Shown piece by piece: positions 48,382-60,802 of a DNA stretch of 64,000 nt. A program made the position numbers and the translations under genes. Positions within the stretch are counted from its first letter, which is position 1. Each line of letters opens with the position of its first letter. Below the pieces are notes generated by a model. It did not search any database. It worked only from the letters and a program-made list of their open reading frames with translations, and had not been told where the DNA came from. Origin of the DNA: Paecilomyces variotii (lineage: Eukaryota); assembly GCA_004022145.1 (NCBI GenBank), contig RCNU01000008.1. One strand, 5' to 3'.

Positions 48382-50120
48382 ATGTCGCCAGCACCGACTC
48401 TCGAATCCCCCACCGGGGCCTCCCGGTTGCTGCTGGTCTCCAATCGGTTGCCGATTACCATCAGGAGATCTGAAGGTGGAAAGTATGATTTCTCCATGTC
48501 CTCCGGTGGTCTGGTCACTGGTCTGAGTGGCCTGTCCAAGACGACTACCTTCCAATGGTACGGCTGGCCGGGCATGGAAGTACCTGAAGACGAGGTCAAG
48601 ACAGTCAAGGACCGGTTGAAGGAGGAATACAATGCTACTCCCGTCTTCATCAACGACAAACTGGCCGATCGCCATTACAATGGCTTCTCAAGTACGTCGC
48701 ACCACCTTCCGTGCCTTTCCCTTTCTCTTGCCCTTTTGTCCACACTAGGCTTTCCCCTCGTAGTCAATAAAATCCCGCAGAAACTGACGGAGATCCCGTG
48801 TCGTAGATTCTATCCTGTGGCCGCTGTTGCACTACCACCCCGGAGAGATCGTCTTCGATGAGAACGCCTGGGAAGCCTACCGGGAAGCGAACTTGATCTT
48901 CGCCAAGACAATCGCAAGAGAAGCAGAGGATGGAGATCTTATCTGGGTGCATGACTACCATCTCATGCTGCTACCGGAAATGCTCCGGGAGGAGCTCAAT
49001 GCTCTGGGCAAGAAGAACATCCGGATGGGCTTCTTCCTGCACACACCATTCCCCAGTAGCGAGATCTATCGTATCCTACCTGTGCGGTCAGAACTCCTGC
49101 GCGGCGTGCTACATTGCGACTTGATCGGTTTCCACACGTTCGACTATGCGCGCCACTTCCTGAGCAGTTGCTCCCATATCCTGTAAGTGGTTCCATATAT
49201 GGTTGATACGAAGCAGGGGCTAAAGTAGGCATAGTGGACTGGTCACAACTCCAAGCAGCGTCAAGTTCCAAGGCAAGACGGTGTCGGTCGGTGCATTCCC
49301 CATTGGAATCGACCCCGATAAGTTCACGGAGGGTCTCAAAAGCCCCAAGGTCCAGAGCCGCATTGCGAGCCTGGAGAACAAGTTCCAGGGCATGAAGTTG
49401 ATGGTCAGCGTTGACCGTCTGGACTACATCAAGGGAATTCCCCAAAAGATGCACGCCCTAGAAGTCTTCCTATCAAACCACCCCGAGTGGGTGGGCAAGG
49501 TGGTTCTGGTCCAGGTTGCTGTCCCTAGCCGGCAAGACGTGGAAGAATATCAGAACCTGAGGGCAGTGGTTAACGAGTTGGTGGGACGCATCAACGGCAA
49601 ATTCGGTAGGTGCCTTGTCCGATTCCTCCCTGCAACCACAAGACTCTAGACTAACAAGGACATGTGCAGGTACTGTTGACTACATGCCCATTCACTTCAT
49701 GCACAAGTCAGTCAGCTTTGACGAGCTGCTTTCCCTATACGCAGTTTCCGATGCTTGCGTTGTCTCCTCGACACGGGATGGCATGAATCTCGTGTCCTTT
49801 GAGTACATCGCAAGCCAGCAGAAGCGTAAGGGGGTGCTGATTTTGTCAGAGTTTGCTGGTGCTGCTCAGAGTCTGAACGGCGCTCTCGTCGTCAACCCCT
49901 GGAACACTGAGGAGCTGGCGAAGGCCTACCAGGAAGCCATGTCCATGGACGACAACCAACGGGACCAGAAGTTCGACAAGCTCTACAAGTACATTACAAA
50001 GTATACAAGGTATGTCTCCGCCGCATTTCCAATGCTACCCATATAGACTTGTACTAACTGCCAAACAGCGCATTCTGGGGCAAGTCATTTGTAACCGAGC
50101 TGGCTCAATGTTCTTCCTGA
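48382..50120 (+). CDS. Alpha,alpha-trehalose-6-phosphate synthase (Tps1/TpsB-like); exons 48382-48691, 48807-49182, 49235-49605, 49670-50009, 50069-50120
   Basis: LVSNRLP, SSGGLV, WPLLHY, WVHDYH, VDRLDYIKG, RDGMNLV, SEFAGAA, VNPWN; intact catalytic motifs. Confidence 0.95.
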
Positions 50121-50569
50121 AGACGACATGGCCTTTCGGGCGGTATAAGTTGCTTCCTTTATGGCATGCCATAGCTTTCATGGAGTCAGAGAGTGGTTTT
50201 TTTCACTACGGGAAAGACACGGGTATGAGAGCGCTTCTTCAATTTTAATCATAATGACCAGATACAGCTGCGTAAATCGCGATTTTTTCTGCCCAGTCAG
50301 CCTTTCAAAGCGAGTTTATGAATTGCATATGGGGATACGTGTTTTAATTGAGCAGACATAGCGTCGGTTTTATTCATTGTCATTAGCAAACCAGCGCCAT
50401 GCCTATATGTTCTTCTATCTCCCAACAGTGATATTCTCTGTCTCCCGTCTACATATTCACCATTAAGGTTGGCATACGCCGACAATTTTCATCCAATGAA
50501 TAGCCAGATTCATTGAATACAGTACAATCTGCTCTGTCCTGAGTAAATTTCTCCTCTCTCTCTCTCTCT

Positions 50570-51500
50570 CTTCACCATTTACCCCTCTATCATGAATATA
50601 TAATCCTCCAAATAATAATCCAAACTACCCATTCCTTTATCTATCTACCTTATACCAACCCTCTTGTATATATTTGCATCACCACTTCCTCATACTGAGA
50701 TATGAACATATATAATTTAGCTTCATCCGAAAGACGGGGCAGTCCACACCCCGGTAGTCTCTATCCATAACTTCCTCTATAAGAGCAGTCTCCTTCTTGG
50801 AGGAAAGTCTGCAAGATTGACTTGTGCAGAGATATGGCTAACTTATCTTCTTTTCTATACTTCATTAAGACTAATATATATCCAAGAATATATCGGGCAT
50901 TGGACTATCTATATCTTTTGATTCCGAGAGCAGACAAATTATATTTTTACCTTAACGATGGTTTCTAGCTGAATATATCTGTTTCTGCAAATTCGATATA
51001 CCGTCTGGCCCACTGCCACTCCTCGCTCCAACCCCTGCTTCCAATATACTCGGTACTTCTGGTACTCTCGCTGCCCCGGTCATGGTCGAAAATCTGGCGA
51101 CGAAAGTTGTCTACCTGAAAGGAGCGGGCCGTCTGTACATCGACATGACCAAGCTGGTCGCCTTCCTCGGAGCCGAGTCATAGATGAAAAGCAGATTTAT
51201 TATAATTATATATTGCTCGCGGAATTCTTTCGTTATGCCATCCTTTTCCCCGGATCGACTCCAGGGATACGTCCTCTCGGCTAGATTCTTTACGACCTGC
51301 TCCGCCATCTCGAGTGTTCTTCTAGCCTCGCTGCCCTTCAGCAAGAAGTCCTGAAACATGGCTTCGTTGACATCCCAAATGTTTTCGATTGGCTATTTCT
51401 CAGCGACAAAAATTTAAACATGAATCTTGCAGCCATGGCGAGGAAGCTCTCTAAGATTCATCGGTATCACTTTGTTGATCAACGCGGAGAGTTAACCAGC
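50570..51500 (-). pseudogene. Decayed gene remnant with RIP-like TpA enrichment
   Basis: Protein-like fragments in shifting frames (MFQDFLLKGSEARRTLEMAEQVV...; ALIEEVMDRDYRVWTAPS; DEAKLYMFISQYEEVVDANIY) broken by stops; TA-rich 50570-51000. Confidence 0.35.
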
Positions 51501-52419
51501 CTTCACTTTGATCAAAAGCACGATATGTTCCAGGAGCTATACAGGATCCTGCACTTCATGCTATCTTCAGCATCGAAGTAAATAAGCACTCTCAGAACAG
51601 GAGCGGCGGGAGATGATGAAATGGTTACATTCGTTACGCCCTAATATGGGATTTAGCCTAGATGAGGCCTACAATACTAGCTCCATTGGTTTTATCTTCC
51701 AGGGATCATACGCCACTTTCTGTGAGCTTAATGGACTTTCTTTAGTGAGGCTCCTCTTTGAATGCTTTACAGCAGATCTTCTTCTATCGATTCTTGCTGG
51801 CGCTCTTGATGACAGATTGCCTCCTGGATTATCCCATAGAAAACCACGACTGCCGCCTCCGCTGAGCCTATCGCTCCCGCTGAGCCTGCTGAGCATTCCG
51901 GGCTTGATGATTTACCGTTCTATAAGGATTTGACGAGTAATAGTGGGCTTTGAGTATCTTTCCCTTTCACTCCCAAAGACCCTCATTAATAGTCCTAGGA
52001 CGAATGGACACAGTGTTCAAGTGCATTTCGCAAAGCTGCTGAATGATCCCCTTCTAAGGATCCAAGAGGCGGTGCCGGGTCTACCGGCTGTGAAAAGTTC
52101 CTTTCACACAGCGAACAGAAATACTCGAACCTATAATGATATACAGATGCAATTGGCTGGGGAATTCAATCTCCCTGTCCGTCAATGTCCTTGATTCTGA
52201 TGTCTCTTTTTGGTCGAAACGGCGGCACGCTGGCGGTATCAAGCAAGTCAGTGGAGAGGAAGAAACTTGTATGTGCCTTTACGGGATCAACACACATGTT
52301 TTTTATACTGACCTTGGTAATAGATCCTCCCTGCCTGGTCTACTCCGCAATCTAGAGACCTTGATATTCTATAATGGCCTTTCCACCCGAAATTCTAAGT
52401 GAATAGTTTTCTTGCCTAA

Positions 52420-52800
52420 TTATCCCAAGTCGAGCCGCGGCCGCTACGACCAAAATGACCCCTTCCATTGCGCTTCGATGGGTTGAGTATGATCCACACC
52501 ACAACATATGGTGCCGCGTCGAGGATCTGGTGGATGCGACTGAGCTGGTAAGTAGTGATCGTGGTCGCGGTGGACGCGGCAGCCCTACGGGTTTCCAGAA
52601 AGCTGTACGTATATATCTTATTCCCATCAATACATAACTGAATATAATTTAATCTATATGTGTAGAAGCGCAATAGGAACCAGTGCAGCTGGTGCAAGAG
52701 ACGCGGCCATGGCCACTGGGAGTGCGAATAGTACCTTGGGATGCGAATGATGGTAAGGACTACTGGCGATTCGGCCTGGATACGGCCATCACTTGGAAAC
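52420..52800 (+). mobile_element. Retroelement-like relic or mini-gene: chromodomain-like segment, RGG stretch and CCHC zinc knuckle
   Basis: LRWVEYDPHHNIWCRVEDLVDATELV (chromodomain core), RGRGGRG, CSWCKRRGHGHWEC (CX2CX4HX4C) at 52684-52725. Confidence 0.5.
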
Positions 52801-55157
52801 AGCGCTTGAATGAGCCTGTTCCGGAGACATGGACTACTGTCGCCGCACATCTCGCATCGCTTCCCACCACCAAATCCCCGACGGGAGAGGAAACCTACAC
52901 TCTCTACGAAGACATCCTAAATTATCTATCCAGGCTAATATTAAGAAAGGGGCGACAATTCATGGCTATCATTTAATTATCTTCGTTTGATGCAAAGCGC
53001 TCTTATGTTGATTTGACAAGTCACTCGATTTGAAGGTAGACGCGGCGACCGTGCATCGTCGCATGCTGGACATATTGAATAACCACGGTAGACCTTAGTG
53101 AAGTGGAGATGGAGAGATGGAGAGATGGGTATCGTGGGATTTGTCAATAGGCTTTAATGACGAGAGATCCTACGGCTTTAGCTACGCTGCCGTAAGAAGG
53201 GCACGCCGAGCGTTGACTAAGAAAATCGGGGATCTGTTACAGATTTGCCTAGGGATTTGCCTAGAAGGTCCCTTCTAGAGCAATAGGAACTTAGCTTTCT
53301 ACTTCCCACTTAACCTCACCGTGCCATAACAAAGATATGAACTTTATTATATAGAATAGTATGTTTACTGCTTGACGAGGACGTCGGCATTTTCTAGAAG
53401 GCGGCATTACTTATTTAGTATCCCTCCTCACTGGAGGATAGCAACTTAGCTTCTTTCCTCCTACACTTCACGATACCATACTACTATTTGGTAGCATGTT
53501 ATATACCGTCTCTTGGGATCCTGCACCAGGGCCTTCGAGATGACACGGATCCAAGGTTATGACCGAATCTAAGATCATGGAAGCAAGCATGGTAGAAAAG
53601 CATTTGATAAGGGAAGGGGATCTTGATTGCTTAAACAACTAGAAGATAACGAAATCTATAGAGTATTATGCCCTTGGGCTTTATTCTGATTAATTGCTGT
53701 TTGGAACACTACATCCGCCACTATATCTTTGCATTTCCTACTTCCGGCGTGTCTGATTCGATCCTAGATAGGTGGAAATAGGTGGCTTGATGTTGTCTGT
53801 TCTATACCCTTTATATAGGATGGTAGTGGCGTTTTGCAGCTCCCCTCCAGTAAAGCACTTGGACACTGACAGTTTATTCAGGGGTTTCTAGGCTCTGAAC
53901 CAGTGCAAGAAGGTTTATCGAGACCGTGCTTGCCTTGAAACCCGGGTTCGGTATGAACTGTCTCGTCTATCAGTGCCTCCTTCACCCCCTCTTTAGCTCT
54001 TATTCTAGTGCCAACGATTCTCAGATATAGCGCTGTTAGCGAAGTGGAAAATTTGGAGCGAAGTTTCACCAAGAAAAGTAAAACCGAATTGAGGACCTTC
54101 GCCCTTTGTGTTATTTACGAGCACCGTGGATATTTCAAACCCGCCGGAAAATTGCCTTCATTCAAATAGGGACATAACAGGCGTACCCTTGCATTGACGG
54201 TTCACCAAACTCATGTTACTCAGCTTGAGGCAAATATTCGCAGCTTCTGACAGCAATATAGGGCATGGCGCACTGAACGGTGCGCTTGGGAATGGGAGGT
54301 CTTGCAGAAGGATCTCCATGACCAGACAGTGTGGCTCGAAAGTTGCCTACCTGGAAGGAGCGGACCGTCAGTTAATCGACTGATGCTATTATCATTCACA
54401 GCCCTTCCAAACTCATCGGGGTTGGACAGTGAAATTAGCAAGTTCTCGAGATCGTGAAAAAGAAACAAGATGGATGGAGAGTTAAAGTATGCTAGTTGCT
54501 ATGTTTGTATGCAACTACAATCTGTATATAGATGTAGTACTACTGCATAACAGTTAATAGCAACCCCATGCTTAAATATAAAGCTTTTACATCTTTGGTA
54601 GATAGTTTAAGCTTATCAAAGAATTATTGCAACTCATGCAGCAAAGGCCACTTCACCCACCAGCTATAGTTATCATTATAACACAAATGTAGACCGCCCG
54701 GCATAAAAATAACAGAGGAGGCCTTCTTAGATATGTTTACCTTTCTTCTTCTTCTGGCGATGTCTTTATCTCCTCTATGACACCAGAAGACGCGTATGGT
54801 GTCTGCTCACCAACGTTTCGTTTCCTCACGACGCGTCCTCTTCTCTATCTTGCATATCATCTTCCTGTTTAGTATGTGTGATACCGATATCGCATACTAA
54901 AATACTACATATCGGTAGTTGAACAAAGGAAGAAGTGCAAAACCGTTATTCTCAGTCTGACAACTATCAACTTATCTTTGGCCATTCTTCAAGCAAAGGA
55001 TCTTCATTTGGGAAAAGGTAAAAGAAGAGAGACTACCTGGATATGTTCTGTACACGGCTTCTGAGAAGATCTATGGCCTAAACCTGCAGAGTCTAGATAC
55101 TCACGTCCTTGTGGGTGTTACATACTACAGTCTTCTTTCTTCCCAGCAGTGAGGGAG

Positions 55158-56351
55158 ATGGTCAATATCCTTTCGATAGTGGCCGTTTCAATCATAGCTA
55201 TCATGATCTATGCTTATTTGGTTCGCAAGGTTACTCATTGGATCATGGATTTGTTGGACGCGCTGGAGTACCTCACGATCGGAGAATATATGCTTCTCAA
55301 AGAATCTGTGAAGAAAGACGAAGAGAAAGCTCATCATGAAGAAGGATCCAAGTCTCCTGGTCCTCTTGCGCTACCATGTTCCTTGCCTGGTTGGAACTCT
55401 GATGGTTACGAAAATGGACGCCATCCATTCTTTACTCTCCCGACTGAACTCGTTCTGCTCATCACCAGCTATGTCCCTATTGTGGAGAAAGCGTCTCTGG
55501 CCCTGACGTGCAAACACTTTCTTTGCATGTTAGGCGATGAAAGTGTTCGACTGCTCGATGACACTACAACGCACAACGGAGACTACGCTCACATCAGTAT
55601 TCAAATGAACCGCTGGAGATTGCTCAAGTTCCTTGAAAAAGACTTCCCAAACCATTTTGTCTGTCACAGCTGTGCGCATTTCCATCTGAATCTGCCTATA
55701 AAACCGACTTACGTCTCATACTACCCGCCCACATCGCTCTGCGTTACTAGGACCAATGCATTCTGGCGTGGTGTCTGGGGATGGTGTGTTGGTCATGAAA
55801 AGGTTCACGGCATCATGATGGCGCATCGGAACAAATGGACATATGGGATGAGTCTGGATGACTTCCAATACGAAAGACGCATTTCCATGAGCAAGTTCCG
55901 GTTGAGAATCGCCCGCGAAGGAACCACAGCAGAGACGGTGAAAGCCATAGCGCCGGCTCCCGATGACGAAGACGATAAGATCGAGTGCCACGAGGTTGTC
56001 TTCGCTAGTATCGCTTGCAATGAGTTCCTGCTTGATATGACCGCGACCTTTTTTGTTGATCGTGGAGCCCTGGCTCTTGAGGAGTATGTGGTTAATGAAC
56101 GCTGCCCGAATCATGGGTTGAGCATTCTCGGAGACTTGAATAGGCTGAGGACAATGGGAAGCCCTGGGAGAGTCTGTATGGATTGTCATGCACGGACGGA
56201 TATTAGAATCCAGGACAGCAAGGAGAAGCCGGAGATGGAAGAGGTGAAAGTCCGGACGGTGATCAGTCTGGGCAGTGGTGAGGAATCGTCTTATGACATA
56301 TGGAAGAAAGCATGCGGTCACGATCCATCAAAGCTCTTTTTGAACTCATAG
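55158..56351 (+). CDS. F-box domain protein with a hydrophobic N-terminal segment
   Basis: FFTLPTELVLLITSYVPIVEKASLALTCKHF F-box; CHSCAHFH and CMDC Cys motifs; intronless ORF of about 397 aa from ATG 55158. Confidence 0.8.
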   Translation: MVNILSIVAVSIIAIMIYAYLVRKVTHWIMDLLDALEYLTIGEYMLLKESVKKDEEKAHHEEGSKSPGPLALPCSLPGWNSDGYENGRHPFFTLPTELVLLITSYVPIVEKASLALTCKHFLCMLGDESVRLLDDTTTHNGDYAHISIQMNRWRLLKFLEKDFPNHFVCHSCAHFHLNLPIKPTYVSYYPPTSLCVTRTNAFWRGVWGWCVGHEKVHGIMMAHRNKWTYGMSLDDFQYERRISMSKFRLRIAREGTTAETVKAIAPAPDDEDDKIECHEVVFASIACNEFLLDMTATFFVDRGALALEEYVVNERCPNHGLSILGDLNRLRTMGSPGRVCMDCHARTDIRIQDSKEKPEMEEVKVRTVISLGSGEESSYDIWKKACGHDPSKLFLNS

Positions 56352-57048
56352 GTATCTTGCTCGTCTAAGATCAGGTTGAAGAAAGCATGTGGCCGCGGAA
56401 GCTATTCGGCTCCGCTATTGTTTTTAGGTTGTCTATGTTATGACATGCTTGGGCTGTGGGGAGTAGATAGGTACCTGAGACGTCGAGCGGTTGGGTTGGG
56501 TAGCTTAAGTGTGCTTATATCCCAAACCTCGAATACTCGGTCAATCGAAAACAGGCCCTCAGCAAGAATGAAATACAGAAACTCATTACATTATAATAGT
56601 AACGTTCAACTAGTATCTAGTTTATTATTGTTAAGTAATATGCGTCCAGTGTTCCTGGGGTGTCCAGCATCTATGTACATACATACATGTATGTATGTAC
56701 AATACTAGGGCAATAGGTTAGCCCGTTTTTGTATTTGTGGAACTAATTTAGATCTAGGTTGGCAGCTTCTTGGTTCTGACCTCGATCCTTTTCTGTCCAG
56801 GGCGTGATGATAAAGATACTATGGCCACAGTATGCTATAGATCTGAATGTAGGGCAGCTGTCTATTGCCAGCCCCATGTTTCGGGTCGGGAAAGACACAA
56901 GTGCTGCCAGTTTTTCCTGAGTCGGTGACTTGACCAACTCTTAGACCTGCAACTGTCTGAATTGTTGAGGCCAGACCGCGACGGCTGAGATTTCTCTCGA
57001 CCAACAGGTAAGCGCACCGTTAAATGGTGTATTTCCATACTCAACGAC

Positions 57049-58461
57049 TCATGCTCGTACAAACAGCCTGAGTCCGGTACGTGAAAACCTCAGAGTCAAT
57101 AACAGAATAGCAGCAGCGATGATAGAACACCCTGTAAAGAGCTGCACTCCCATGTACTTGTGCGTTTCGTTCAGAATGGCACCACCGATTGGGGTCCCGA
57201 TCAACATGGCGATTCCGATGGAAGCAAAGAACATCCCCAACCTGGCTCCCAGGTCTCGTATGTCTTTGGTGAGGGTGACCATGACAACAGGTGGAAGGGA
57301 CACGAACCCGCCGGAGCAGAAACCATATAGAATAGCAAGGATGATGATCCCAGGAGCATTGTGGACCGCAAGCCAACACAAAGCGAGTATTCCAGTCACG
57401 GTAGCTGCGGGCGCCAGCATGTTCAGGGGTCCAGTATGGTCAGCAATGAAATTGGGTACAATTCGACCAAAACTCGAAGCTGCGTTGAGCATCGGTAGAA
57501 GATAGAACCCGACATTGTCATTGACGATACCGGTCTGTATCGCATACGGCTGAACATATACCAGGAAGTTGTAGAACCCCAAGAAGCCCAGGAACATGGC
57601 CACGCAGAAGAGCACGTAGTGGACTTCCTTGAAGGCAGAAAGCTGAATCAGCGCGCGTTTCTCGGTTGGCATGAAACGCATGCGGAGCAATGAAAGCGAG
57701 ATGCAGCACGTTCCCAGGGCGACAAACCCAAGAACTCGCGTTGCCCATGGGTATCCGATCTCCTGCTGCAGCTTATGGAACATGATCGGATAGATAACAC
57801 CGCCAATGCTGCTCCCGCTAGCAGCAAGTCCATTGGCGAGTCCCCTCTTCTGCTTAAAATATTGCGGTAGAACCGCAACAGAGGGGACGAAAAGGCAGCC
57901 AGCAGCCAAGCCGACGCAAACGCCCTGTGCCAACATTAGATGCCAGTACTGCGTCGAGATGCTGGTCATCATGAGGCCAAATGAGAGCGCCAATGTCCCA
58001 CATGTCAAGAGTGCCTTGAGGTAACCCGCGTCGAATAGAGGGCCAGTTATAACACCGATTAACATGAGCAGGAAGGACTGAATCGATCCTATCCAAGCGA
58101 TGTTGTCCGCAGTCTGATTGGGAAGCGCCTGTTCATAGTACGTTTGGAAGACACCAAATGTGTTGATGATGCCCCTGTGAATTGTATGTATCAGTCGGCT
58201 GTAATTTAAATATGAGGTATGAGGCATGCGCTTCAAGAGGACATACCATGAATTGAAGAAACAAAACCACGAGCCCAGGACCTGTAGCCACGATATGAGG
58301 CCAGTGTCAAAGACTGGACCACCCTTTTGATAGCCGGACTGTTGATTCTCCGACGACTGAGGATCGGACTCACTGGTTGAGATCACCTCGTTTTTGTTGC
58401 CGGTATCCCCGTTGCTGGTAGGATCCATTATGGTTTGTTCCTTCTCCACGTCGTCCGCCAT
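57049..58461 (-). CDS. MFS monocarboxylate-porter family transporter (Mch-like); intron 58246-58175
   Basis: DTGLISWLQVLGS, W|GIINTFGVFQ, WIGSIQ, GPLFDAGY, QYFKQKRGLANG, GARLGM. Confidence 0.92.
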   Translation of the reverse strand: MADDVEKEQTIMDPTSNGDTGNKNEVISTSESDPQSSENQQSGYQKGGPVFDTGLISWLQVLGSWFCFFNSWYVLLKRMPHTSYLNYSRLIHTIHRGIINTFGVFQTYYEQALPNQTADNIAWIGSIQSFLLMLIGVITGPLFDAGYLKALLTCGTLALSFGLMMTSISTQYWHLMLAQGVCVGLAAGCLFVPSVAVLPQYFKQKRGLANGLAASGSSIGGVIYPIMFHKLQQEIGYPWATRVLGFVALGTCCISLSLLRMRFMPTEKRALIQLSAFKEVHYVLFCVAMFLGFLGFYNFLVYVQPYAIQTGIVNDNVGFYLLPMLNAASSFGRIVPNFIADHTGPLNMLAPAATVTGILALCWLAVHNAPGIIILAILYGFCSGGFVSLPPVVMVTLTKDIRDLGARLGMFFASIGIAMLIGTPIGGAILNETHKYMGVQLFTGCSIIAAAILLLTLRFSRTGLRLFVRA

Positions 58462-60065
58462 CCTAGCTGATGCTGTACTGTATGGATCTCAGAGAATGCT
58501 TCCTAGGTGTATATAGTCAGATAGAGGTAAGAAGAATCAACGATCCGCGCAGAAGCGCAGCAAGAAACATCTAGGATGGCGACGGTGGACGAGGCTGGAT
58601 CGCCTAGTTAATCAATCCGCGGACAAATATCCAGACTGGCTAGGAAGCCCTCGCCTTTTAAGAGAGAACGAGCAATCGAGAACCGGTTATGTATGCGGGG
58701 CAAGCAAATATGACTACACTACTCTAATGGAACCCCAAGCTTTCAGATTCGGGCCTTTTTCAGGGCCCACTGGCTGAATCCTCCTGGATCTATCATGGCC
58801 AGGCGCCGTTATGAATGACCCATAAAGCAATATTCGTCGGCAAGAAGTTGTGATGGTTGAATATCCCCAAGCCTGGATTAATTAGTATCCTCGCTGGACG
58901 CCTGGTTCGAAACAATTGATGCTCCCACGCGGACCTTGATAACTTCACCGCTTCGATTTATCAAGAACAAGTGCTGACCTTGGCTGAGCGAGTGTGCCGC
59001 TTATCCAGAACCGGCAGAGCATCTCGGTTCTTTCTCCAACGGTGGGGGCCGAAGCACTGCGGTAAGTTCACTTAGGCCCACGGAGAGCGGGCTGAACTCC
59101 GGGGGGCTTGTTGATTAAGAATAATTCACCAGAGTACTAGTTACCGGCGATACTGCAAGACGGAGTGTGAATATTATGTCAGTATCTATTTTTTCATGAG
59201 AATAGGTTGGTTTCAATGAGAATAGACTCACATACAATGTCTATAACACCGAGTTATTGTTATAGAAATGGGATCTAAACAATATAAAGGTCAAAACGGT
59301 AATTATTTGATAGGGCCACTCCTGTGGTTTAACTCGGACCTAATTGAGTGTCGGCGAACTCCGCCAGTCGCTAATAGTGGAGGAAATTGTCGCGCCATTC
59401 CATACTAAGGCAATATATGACAATTGACGTCCAATGGAAGAAGAAGAATAATGATTCTGTATGCGACTACGCATGCTGCCGCATGGGCTTGCGCTAGCCC
59501 TGCTGCTACTTTCTTCCAGAAGTACTCTACTGTCCGCATAAATCTTCGAATGCTATTAATTTCTTACACAAGAGAGTCACGGGCTGCACTATCATCAATT
59601 ATCAATCGAAGCTAACGAGGACCACATGGCATAATGGTATGTACTCTACATGTACAGAGTGCTACAAGGATCATACAAAGAGGTCGGCTATAGAGATCTT
59701 TTGTATGATCGTGTACCAACAAGTCGATGCGGACATATGACTACGAGGTACCATGATTATTCCGACAGGATGTAGTAAGACTTAAATAGATAACTACCGC
59801 TTTTCACATTATCGAAGTTTGGGTTGGTAACAGTCGTCACAGCAGAGCCAAATGCACATCTTCTACACAAACGAATCACCAAATTTTTTTGAGCCTGACA
59901 TATTTACTTTTCTTTTTCAGAAGAACAAGTTGCAGCTATTCAGCCACATCATTAGCCTTATTGACACCCAACACCCAACGCTATGCCGGAAACCCAGAGT
60001 ATGTTGTATCACAATAGAGAGAAAGCAAAATCAGAACGACCTTCTAAAAGAACACAAGCGGACAA

Positions 60066-60802
60066 TTACAGCAATTCCTCGCAAGTCCAGTCCTCGTACC
60101 TGCGGGGGAATCGTTAGATCAGATATGAAAACGTCACTTCAGCGAGGTGGCTCACCATCCATCAGGGAGGTATCTCCTCACGATCAAAGGAATCTTCTTC
60201 TGGTTCAGTTCCTTGAGAGCGATCTGGAGCGGGTCGGTTTCACCTTCAAGATCGACCAGCACAGGGGCGTTCAAACTGTAGCCTGTGTCAGCGGCAGTGT
60301 TCATCGCGGTCACCCAGTTTAAAGCTTCCTTGCAAGACGCACCTGATCTGAAGTGCTCTGGTTCCTAGGACACGAGCCCTCTCATACTTGGTCATGTAGG
60401 GAGTTGTCGTGCGCTGGTCGTTCGGCACTTTCTTTTCTCTGTATTGTTCCATAACCTTTCCCCCGGCATATGCATTGGGATCACCCGAGACGACCACTCT
60501 GTCTCCATTCACAGCATGCGCATAGGATTCCTCGGCGCCATAGCCGTCGGCGCCACCCTCAGTAGCTTCGAGATTCTCAGGGTCGAGGTAGTCTTCCGGC
60601 TCATTTTCATCGTACTCCTGCTCGGCGGGCTCGTAGTCAAAGCTGGTGTACGGACATAGTGTCAGAACCAATCATACCCAGTCGCATAATCGATACAAGC
60701 AGCCAGAACTCTGCAGGAGCGTCTGCTGCCGCAGTATCTGCCCGAGTGGACTAAGTCAACTTACCCAGTGTCCTCAGCGTCGTGGTCACCGTAGTCGGAC
60801 AT
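60066..60802 (-). CDS. RPB6: RNA polymerase I/II/III common subunit Rpb6; exons 60802-60765, 60642-60343, 60275-60156, 60099-60066
   Basis: [43 protein letters not shown]...[19 protein letters not shown]. Confidence 0.97.

Noticed and set aside
53800-54500. Short minus-strand ORFs in the accessory zone
   Set aside because: No motif or consistent frame recognised.
58175-58246. In-frame, stop-free intron making the MFS look like a single ORF (also 30158-30214)
   Set aside because: Canonical splice signals; retention would insert sequence into a conserved region. Treated as ordinary introns.
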